Shown here in pieces: positions 57,528 to 64,000 of a DNA stretch of 64,000 bases; within the stretch, counting starts at the first letter, position 1; each line of letters opens with the position of its first letter. The stretch is from the NCBI GenBank assembly GCA_043800705.1, contig JAZDMS010000021.1, forward strand, positions 1 through 64,000. Reading direction: 5' to 3'. The notes under the pieces were generated by a model. The model was not told the origin of the DNA. It did not search any database and saw only the letters and a list, made by a program, of their open reading frames with translations. Both the position numbers and the translations under genes were made by a program. Source of the stretch: Candidatus Altiarchaeota archaeon (GTDB taxonomy: Archaea; Altiarchaeota; Altiarchaeia; IMC4; SCGC-AAA252-I15).

Positions 57528-58610
57528 ATGTCCCGCCTCTTCAAGAGCCGGAATAAGAAGCTCGGCATGCCGCCCGGGACGCCGGTCTTCGTCGGCGATG
57601 CGAAGAGCGCCCCCACCAGGATCACCGTGATCGACTACGACGTGAACAGGTATGAGGAGCGGGAGATCGCCTCCGTGGACGAGTGCGCGGTATTCAAGGA
57701 GTCCCCGTCTGTCACGTGGATGAACATCGTGGGGGTCCAGGACGTCCCGGTCATTCAGAAGATCGGCGAATGCTTCAAATTCCATCCCCTGCTCATAGAG
57801 GACATAGTCAACACGGACCACCGCCCCAAGATAGAGGATTTCGGGGACTACATCTTCATAGTCCTGAAGATGCTGCAGTACGACAAGGCGAAGAAGGCGG
57901 TAAAGGTCGAGCACTCGTGCCTCGTCGTGGGCGCCAACTTCGTCCTTCTCTTCCAGGAGGACGCCGGCGACGTCTTCGACCCGATCCGCGAGCGCATCAA
58001 GGCCGGCAAGAGCCAGCTGAGAAGGAGCGGGCCGGACTACCTCACCTACAGGCTGATCGACGCGATCGTCGACAACTACTTCACGGTTTTGGAGGAGATC
58101 GGGGAGGATATAGAGTCCCTGGAGGATGAGGTCGTGGGCAAGCCTAGCGTCGGGACACTGGAGGCCATCCACCGGCTGAAGAAGGAGATGATATTCCTCA
58201 GGAGGTCCGTCTGGCCGCTGAGGGAGGCGATCCTGGCCATGGAAAGGAGCGAGAACCCCCTGATCAGGAAGACGACGAAGGTCTACCTCCGCGACGTCTA
58301 CGACCATACGGTCCACATCATAGATACACTGGAGACGTTCAGGGACATCGTCTCCGGGATGCTGGACATCTACCTGTCGAGCATCAACAACAAGCTCAAC
58401 GAGGTGATGAGGGTCCTTACCGTCATCGCCACATTCTTCATGCCCCTCACGTTCCTGGCCGGGGTCTACGGGATGAACTTCCACGTCGAGAAGAGCCCCT
58501 TTAACATGCCTGAGCTGACCTGGTACTTCGGATACCCCCTCTTCTGGACCGCCTGCATCCTGATATCGGCAGTGATGTGGTTGTATTTCAGAGGGAAAAA
58601 GTGGATGTGA
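57528..58610 (+). CDS. corA: magnesium/cobalt transporter CorA
   Basis: HPLLIEDI..RPKIE, YLRDVYDH and YGMNF..MPEL. Confidence 0.97.
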   Translation: MSRLFKSRNKKLGMPPGTPVFVGDAKSAPTRITVIDYDVNRYEEREIASVDECAVFKESPSVTWMNIVGVQDVPVIQKIGECFKFHPLLIEDIVNTDHRPKIEDFGDYIFIVLKMLQYDKAKKAVKVEHSCLVVGANFVLLFQEDAGDVFDPIRERIKAGKSQLRRSGPDYLTYRLIDAIVDNYFTVLEEIGEDIESLEDEVVGKPSVGTLEAIHRLKKEMIFLRRSVWPLREAILAMERSENPLIRKTTKVYLRDVYDHTVHIIDTLETFRDIVSGMLDIYLSSINNKLNEVMRVLTVIATFFMPLTFLAGVYGMNFHVEKSPFNMPELTWYFGYPLFWTACILISAVMWLYFRGKKWM

Positions 58611-59557
58611 AGGGGATTCTGAAAAGCAGGGGCGCATTTGCGGGGGCCGCGTACGCGGCCGTCTCTTACGCCGTGATCGCGGCCCTCAGCTACGGGAGTC
58701 CTTTTGTCATTTCCGGCTCTTGGGCCTTTCTGTTCGTCGCCCCCATCTACCTGACACATGCCATCCTGATATTCGTCGTCTGACTCCCTTTCGCACTCCT
58801 TGGAATGCGCTTTTATGACCTTGGAATGCGCTTTGATGACCTGGCTATGCCGGTCCTGACTCTCGCCAATATTATCCTGTGGGCTTTCCTTGGCGCATAC
58901 ATCCAGCATTTGAAACTGTTGTCTTTGAAAAAACGAAATATTCCATTCTACTTTTCAGTTGCGGTCATCCTGTACAACCTGCTCACAGTCGGCTGTATCG
59001 GCTGCAATTACGGCACCGTCCTATTGTCGCTCGTCCTTGTTTTTGCGGCATGGATTATCTGGGCTGACCTTACGATGCCGGTCTTAATAGCCCATCTCCT
59101 GGTGTTTTTCATGATCTCCCAGCTCGGAGGCTTCTGCCCCTGCGGCCCGATGGGGCCGACGGCGACGGGCTTCGCGAAGCTGAAGCCGCAGCTTGCGGGC
59201 ACATACGTCACAGGCCATTTAGGCACTACGAATTTCATCTTCACCAACGGGGCTGCCGGGACGATACGGGTGCAGAGCGTCGCGGTAGAGGACCTGGTCT
59301 CGCCGGTCGCATCGCCTTGCGCCGGCGCCAATGCGCTTCAGTCGAATTCGGCGGACCTGGTCGGCGAGAATGCAGACTCGAGGACTGTCGTGGTCCCATA
59401 CGGCGAGAACCTCAGGATCTCCAACCAGGGCTGCCTCTCGGCCATGGAGACGGGGGAGGTCTACAACGCGAGGGTCCGGATCACATACGCGATAGACGTG
59501 AACGGAAAAAGAACCCTCGCGACGGAAACGGGGACGATAAGGGGGCCGGCGGAATGA
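58607..59557 (+). pseudogene. multi-TM protein with a C-terminal pilin-like domain, interrupted by an in-frame TGA (58781-58783)
   Basis: ORFs 58577-58783 and 58805-59557 share a frame and together align with the paralog 59554-60453; 21-bp tandem duplication at 58798-58839. Confidence 0.7.
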
Positions 59558-60453
59558 TGTTGGACCTTCTGAGACGCAGGGGCGCTTTCGCTGGGGCGGC
59601 TTATGCGGTCTTCGGGGTTCTGGCTCAGGCTGCCCTAGCCTACGGCCATCCCCCGGGGCTGGACATCTCGTCTGCTTTCATTCTCATCTTTGCGCCGCTA
59701 AACCTTACGATGGCCGTCTTAATGTTCGCGTTGACTTTGCCGTTCCGATTTGTTGGATTAGACAGAGTTGCGGAAATGCTGTTTCCCGCCGTTTACCCTG
59801 CGAACTTCATCTTATGGGCGGTTATCGGGGACTTCTTTGAACGCAAGACATCTCTGAAAATATCCCGACGTATCATACCATTCATCGTCTCGGCTTTGGC
59901 CATATCCTACAATGTCGGGTCAGGCTGCGTTTCATGCCATTATAACGTCTTTCTTGGGTCGTTTTTCGTGGCGCTGGCGGCATGGGTCATCTGGTCCGAA
60001 TTGACGGTGCCGGTGGTGTTCTTCCATCTGATGATTTTCCTGGTCATATCCCAGCTTGGGATATTCGGCTGCTCTTGCGGACCTATGATAGCAAATTCTT
60101 ATGGGTTTGTTAAAATCAAGCCTGTATTGCCGGCGACTGGTATGAACAGTGGAGGGAACATCTCTGTGATCATGACAAACGGTGTCGGGGGGAATGTCTC
60201 GATCGATGCTGAGGGGATAGTATTGGCTGATCTTGTCAGCGGCGGAAACTGCTCCGGGGTCCGGTTGACTGTGTCTGAAGGACGGGAGGATGCTATACCG
60301 CCGGGCACCAACGTTGGGATAGATGCAAAATGCCCGCCATTGCCGGCAGGTGACATCTACAAAATTAGATTTACAATCCCATACGAGGCCGCAATCAACG
60401 GGAAGACGGAGAAAAGAACGGAATCCGGGACTATAAGTGGGCCGGTGGAGTGA
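59554..60453 (+). CDS. multi-TM protein with a C-terminal archaeal pilin-like domain
   Basis: RGAFAGAAYA N terminus; SQLGIF..GFVKIKP..TNGVG..TESGTISGPVE. Confidence 0.7.
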   Translation: MMLDLLRRRGAFAGAAYAVFGVLAQAALAYGHPPGLDISSAFILIFAPLNLTMAVLMFALTLPFRFVGLDRVAEMLFPAVYPANFILWAVIGDFFERKTSLKISRRIIPFIVSALAISYNVGSGCVSCHYNVFLGSFFVALAAWVIWSELTVPVVFFHLMIFLVISQLGIFGCSCGPMIANSYGFVKIKPVLPATGMNSGGNISVIMTNGVGGNVSIDAEGIVLADLVSGGNCSGVRLTVSEGREDAIPPGTNVGIDAKCPPLPAGDIYKIRFTIPYEAAINGKTEKRTESGTISGPVE

Positions 60454-60454
60454 G

Positions 60455-61525
60455 CTATTTTTTCCCCTTCCTCTGCGTTTTCAGATCGTCGTAGAGTTCC
60501 TTTCCCTTGTCTGCGGAAAGGGGTATCAGCTCGTCCATGCCGAGTGTTAGTTTGTGTTTCGATCCCTGCTTCGCCCCCCTTGCCGTCAGGGTCTTCTCCA
60601 CCATGGGGGTGACGATGTTCCTGTAGGTGTTCCATTCGGGGGCGAACTTCATCTCGAGGCCGCAGTCCTTAGAGAGCCTTTGTATGAGGACGTATGGGCT
60701 GAGGTGTTCTAGGAAGTCCGAGACCAGGTTCACGTATTCGTCGAATCCGAGGCTCTTGTAGGCGCCGGTCTGCCACATGTTGGCGAGGCGGGTGTCCTTC
60801 ATGACGACGAGGGGGTAGAGCTTTATCGCGTCTACTCCGATCGCGGATATTATCCTCGCGGTCTCCATCATCTCGTCTTGGGATTCCCCCGGCATGCCGA
60901 GTATTATGAAGGCGAGCAGGGGGATGTCCCTTGCGTGGCATTCGTCGGTTGCCCTTATGAGCTCGGCGAGGCCGTGCTGCCTGTTGGTCTCCCTGAGGGT
61001 GTGCTGGTGGACGGTCTGCTGGCCTGCCTCGACCCAGACCTCGTACCCTGATTTTTTGTATTCGGCGAGCAGGTCCAGGACTTCGTCGGGGAGGCAGTCC
61101 GGCCTGGTGCCCACAGTGAATCCGAGAATGTCCTTGTTTGCCTTGACGGTCTCGTCGAATATCCTCCTTAGCTTGTCCAACGGGGCGTATGTGTTCGTCC
61201 CGAACGCTATGTATACGAGGCCTTTCTCCCCTGCGCCCATCTCCTGATAGTGGGCTACCATCGCGTTAATCTGTTCGGTGAATCCCTTGTCTATGACCTC
61301 CCTGAAGGCCGGATACGTGAACTGTTTAGCCTGGCTGGGGCAGAATATGCACCCGTTCTCTGAGAGGCGGCCGTCCCAGTTGGGGCAGACGAAGGCCGCA
61401 TTCAGCGGAACCTTGAATATCCTGTAACCGTGAATCTTACGCTCATACTGGCCGTATGCGCTGTACAGTAGGCCCTCACGATAGAGGCCGTCGACGACGG
61501 ATTTGTCGATTATCTGCTTGATCAT
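60455..61525 (-). CDS. TIGR01212/YhcC-family radical SAM protein
   Basis: FVCPNWDG..GCIFC, TNTYAP and GTRPDCL. Confidence 0.92.
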   Translation of the reverse strand: MIKQIIDKSVVDGLYREGLLYSAYGQYERKIHGYRIFKVPLNAAFVCPNWDGRLSENGCIFCPSQAKQFTYPAFREVIDKGFTEQINAMVAHYQEMGAGEKGLVYIAFGTNTYAPLDKLRRIFDETVKANKDILGFTVGTRPDCLPDEVLDLLAEYKKSGYEVWVEAGQQTVHQHTLRETNRQHGLAELIRATDECHARDIPLLAFIILGMPGESQDEMMETARIISAIGVDAIKLYPLVVMKDTRLANMWQTGAYKSLGFDEYVNLVSDFLEHLSPYVLIQRLSKDCGLEMKFAPEWNTYRNIVTPMVEKTLTARGAKQGSKHKLTLGMDELIPLSADKGKELYDDLKTQRKGKK

Positions 61526-61629
61526 CGGATTAGGTACTAGCTCTTTGTCGTTTATATTCCCCACCAACCAGATAATACCCGATATTGAGTAGAACATCAT
61601 TTTTAAGTAGTAAGTCTTATAGTTGTCTG

Positions 61630-62250
61630 ATGTTGGACGCGGCCTTGGAGGAACTCAGGAAAGGCAGGATGATTTTACTGCACGATTCCAGCGACAGGGA
61701 GAACGAGGTGGATATAGTCATCAACGGCCCGTTTACGACCCCTGAGACCATCCGGACGATGAGGAAGGACGCCGGCGGCCTCATATGCCTGGCAATCAGC
61801 AGGGAGAACGCATCCAGGCTCTCCCTCCCATACATGACGGACCTGATGTCGGCGTCCAACGATACAGTCCGAAGGCTCATCCCGGAGCGCACGGCCTACG
61901 GCGACAAGCCCGCGTTCTCGCTGTCCATCAACCATAGAAAGACATACACGGGCATCACCGACAACGACAGGGCCCTGACAATCACGGAGTTCGCGAAGAC
62001 CGAAAACCGAAAACTGCTGACTGAAAACTTTTATGCGCCGGGCCACGTCCACCTGCTCATCGCAAAGACGCTGAAGGAGCGCAAGGGCCACACTGAACTG
62101 TCCATCGAGCTGGCGAAGAGGGGGGGACTCAACGAGACGATGGTGCTCTGCGAGATGATGGCCGACGACCACAATGCGCTCTCGTTCGATGGGGCAAAGG
62201 CGTACGCGAAAAAGCACGGCCTGCTCATGGTCGACGGAGGGGAGCTGTGA
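61630..62250 (+). CDS. ribB: 3,4-dihydroxy-2-butanone 4-phosphate synthase
   Basis: DRENEVD, DAGGLIC, TGITDNDR, GHTE and CEM motifs. Confidence 0.95.
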   Translation: MLDAALEELRKGRMILLHDSSDRENEVDIVINGPFTTPETIRTMRKDAGGLICLAISRENASRLSLPYMTDLMSASNDTVRRLIPERTAYGDKPAFSLSINHRKTYTGITDNDRALTITEFAKTENRKLLTENFYAPGHVHLLIAKTLKERKGHTELSIELAKRGGLNETMVLCEMMADDHNALSFDGAKAYAKKHGLLMVDGGEL

Positions 62251-62705
62251 GGATCGGCGTCGTCGACACGACGTTCGCGAGGGCGGACATGGGGAAAATA
62301 GTCGTCAACGAGATACGGGACAGCTTCGGCGACATCGTCGTCGTGAGGAGGACAGTGCCGGGAGTAAAGGACCTGCCCGTCGAATGCCTGAACCTCCTAT
62401 CGGAATGCGACATAGTCGTCGCATGCGGGATGCCCGGCGCTCAGGAGATGGACAAGGTCTGCGCCCACGAGGCCTCGACCGGCCTCATACAGGCGCAGCT
62501 GATGACAGGCAAGCACATCATAGAGGCCTTCGTCCATGAGGATGAGGAGACCGAAGACAGAGGACTGAAGACCTTGGTTGAGGACAGGTGCCGAAAGCAC
62601 GCCAGGAACGCGGTGATGCTCCTCAAGGATCCGGCCTGGTTCACGAGGAACGCGGGCAGGGGGATGAGGCAGGGAAGGGACGACGCAGGATCATTATATC
62701 TTTGA
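62247..62705 (+). CDS. ribC: archaeal-type riboflavin synthase
   Basis: IGVVDTTFARADMG, TVPGVKDLPV, FVHEDE and GMRQG. Confidence 0.95.
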   Translation: MRIGVVDTTFARADMGKIVVNEIRDSFGDIVVVRRTVPGVKDLPVECLNLLSECDIVVACGMPGAQEMDKVCAHEASTGLIQAQLMTGKHIIEAFVHEDEETEDRGLKTLVEDRCRKHARNAVMLLKDPAWFTRNAGRGMRQGRDDAGSLYL

Positions 62706-62721
62706 AAGAGGTGCAACGTAT

Positions 62722-63171
62722 ATGGACAAAGTGAGGTTGGGCTTCGTGGTCGGCGAATTCAACGCAGACATAACGCAGCTGATGATGGAAAGGGCTAAGG
62801 CGCATGCGGATTTCCTCGAGTGCGAGGTGACCCACATAGTCAGGGTCCCGGGGGCATTCGACATCCCGTACGCAATCAAGGGGCTGATGGAACGCGACGA
62901 CGTCGACGCAGTGGTCGCATTGGGGGCCGTCTTGGAGGGGGACACCGACCATGACCAGGTCGTCGCACAGCATGCGGCGAGGAAGATGATGGACCTGTCG
63001 CTGGAATACGGCAAGGCCGTGGGCCTGGGGATCTCAGGACCGGGTATGAGCCGGGCGCAGGGACAGGCCAGGATAGACGACTACGCCCGCCGGGGCGTGG
63101 AGTCGGCTGTCAAGCTGACCAGGAGGATGCATGAGCTCAGGAAGAAGAACGCACCCCAGGTGATAGGGTGA
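62722..63171 (+). CDS. ribH: 6,7-dimethyl-8-ribityllumazine synthase
   Basis: EFNADIT, VPGAFDIP, GDTDHD and LGISGPG. Confidence 0.95.
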   Translation: MDKVRLGFVVGEFNADITQLMMERAKAHADFLECEVTHIVRVPGAFDIPYAIKGLMERDDVDAVVALGAVLEGDTDHDQVVAQHAARKMMDLSLEYGKAVGLGISGPGMSRAQGQARIDDYARRGVESAVKLTRRMHELRKKNAPQVIG

Positions 63172-63812
63172 GGAAGAAGGCCAAGAAAGCCGACGCCTCG
63201 TGCAGAGGGCATGTGATGTCCCGGCCTGCGGCTAGGATAGTCGCATCTTCGCAGGATGCGGCGCTTCCGACGATGTTCGGCAGCTTCAGTGCGAAGGCCT
63301 TCCGGGACCAGGACGGCAGGGAGCATCTGGCAGTCTACAAGGGCGACATCGCCTCGAAGGACGTGCCAGTCAGGCTGCATTCGCAGTGCACGACGGGGGA
63401 CATATTCCACAGCCTGCGCTGCGACTGCGGGCAGCAGCTGGAAATGGCCTTGAACCACATCGAACGCAAAGGCAAGGGAGCGGTCATCTACCTGGCGCAG
63501 GAGGGCCGCGGCATAGGCCTCCTGAACAAGATCAACGCCTACGTGCTGCAGGAGAGGGGCCTTGACACCGTCGAAGCCAACGAGATGCTCGGCTTCGCGT
63601 CCGACGGCCGCGGCTACGCCGAAGCCGCTGAGATCCTGAGGATCCTCGGAATCAGGTCGGTTAGGCTGATGACCAACAACCCGCAGAAGATCAATGACCT
63701 TTCGTGCCACGGCATCGAAGTCGCCGGCCGCATACCCGTTAGGGTCAAGCCCAACAGGGTCAACAGGAGGTACATGCAGACGAAGAAGACGAAGATGAAC
63801 CATTTCCTATGA
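63168..63812 (+). CDS. ribA: GTP cyclohydrolase II (bacterial type)
   Basis: RLHSQCTTGD..RCDCG, QEGRGIGL and LMTNNP; start may be the ATG at 63216. Confidence 0.95.
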   Translation: MRKKAKKADASCRGHVMSRPAARIVASSQDAALPTMFGSFSAKAFRDQDGREHLAVYKGDIASKDVPVRLHSQCTTGDIFHSLRCDCGQQLEMALNHIERKGKGAVIYLAQEGRGIGLLNKINAYVLQERGLDTVEANEMLGFASDGRGYAEAAEILRILGIRSVRLMTNNPQKINDLSCHGIEVAGRIPVRVKPNRVNRRYMQTKKTKMNHFL

Positions 63813-64000
63813 AAGACGAGGATTATATGAGGCGTGCGCTCGAGCTCTCACTCCGGGGCAACCCCTCGCCCAACCCCTACGTCGGCGCTGTCATCGTCAA
63901 GGACGGGGAGATCATATCCGAAGGGTATCACCATATGGCCGGGATGGCCCACGCCGAAGTCGAGGCCATGAGGGGGGCCGACGCAAAAGGCGCCACGCTC
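63809..64000 (+). CDS. ribD: RibD pyrimidine deaminase(/reductase), truncated by the window end
   Basis: MKDEDYMRRALEL..PSPNPYVGAVIVKDG..GYH..HAEVEA. Confidence 0.92.
   Translation, partial: MKDEDYMRRALELSLRGNPSPNPYVGAVIVKDGEIISEGYHHMAGMAHAEVEAMRGADAKGATL

Noticed and set aside
58781-58783. Selenocysteine recoding of the in-frame TGA
   Set aside because: The aligned paralog residue is Thr in a TM region, not Cys, and no SECIS was identified; a nonsense mutation is simpler.

Overview
This 64-kb window is archaeal: it carries an intron-containing tRNA with a bulge-helix-bulge motif, the aCPSF1-psmB pair and an archaeal riboflavin synthase. Its surface-protein style suggests a DPANN/Altiarchaeota-like host, which is an inference. 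A GC-rich backbone (about 11.9-52 kb and 57.5-64 kb) encodes an ApbE flavinylation cluster, polyamine genes, an ABC exporter, a eukaryote-like PRMT, argG-argH-argG, hypF/B/A/E/D/C, CspA, aCPSF1, PsmB, CorA and a riboflavin operon. Two AT-richer accessory regions stand out. (1) An ~11-kb array directly downstream of tRNA-Met(CAT) in which degenerate copies of the tRNA 3' end, some paired with an inverted GTGACTTGAACAC arm, separate one- to three-gene units (toxin-antitoxin pairs, surface and secreted proteins). It resembles an integron-like, tRNA-anchored cassette platform, but no integrase lies in the window. (2) A ~5.4-kb element (52077-57467) flanked by a 12-bp direct repeat, with phased TGCTCCT arrays at both ends and an internal SWIM-DDE transposase. 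Its defence-like cargo comprises a degenerate TGT-fold protein with a PD-(D/E)xK-like nuclease, and a DEDD exonuclease with a Panacea antitoxin and a toxin. All calls come from reading motifs by eye; no database search was run.
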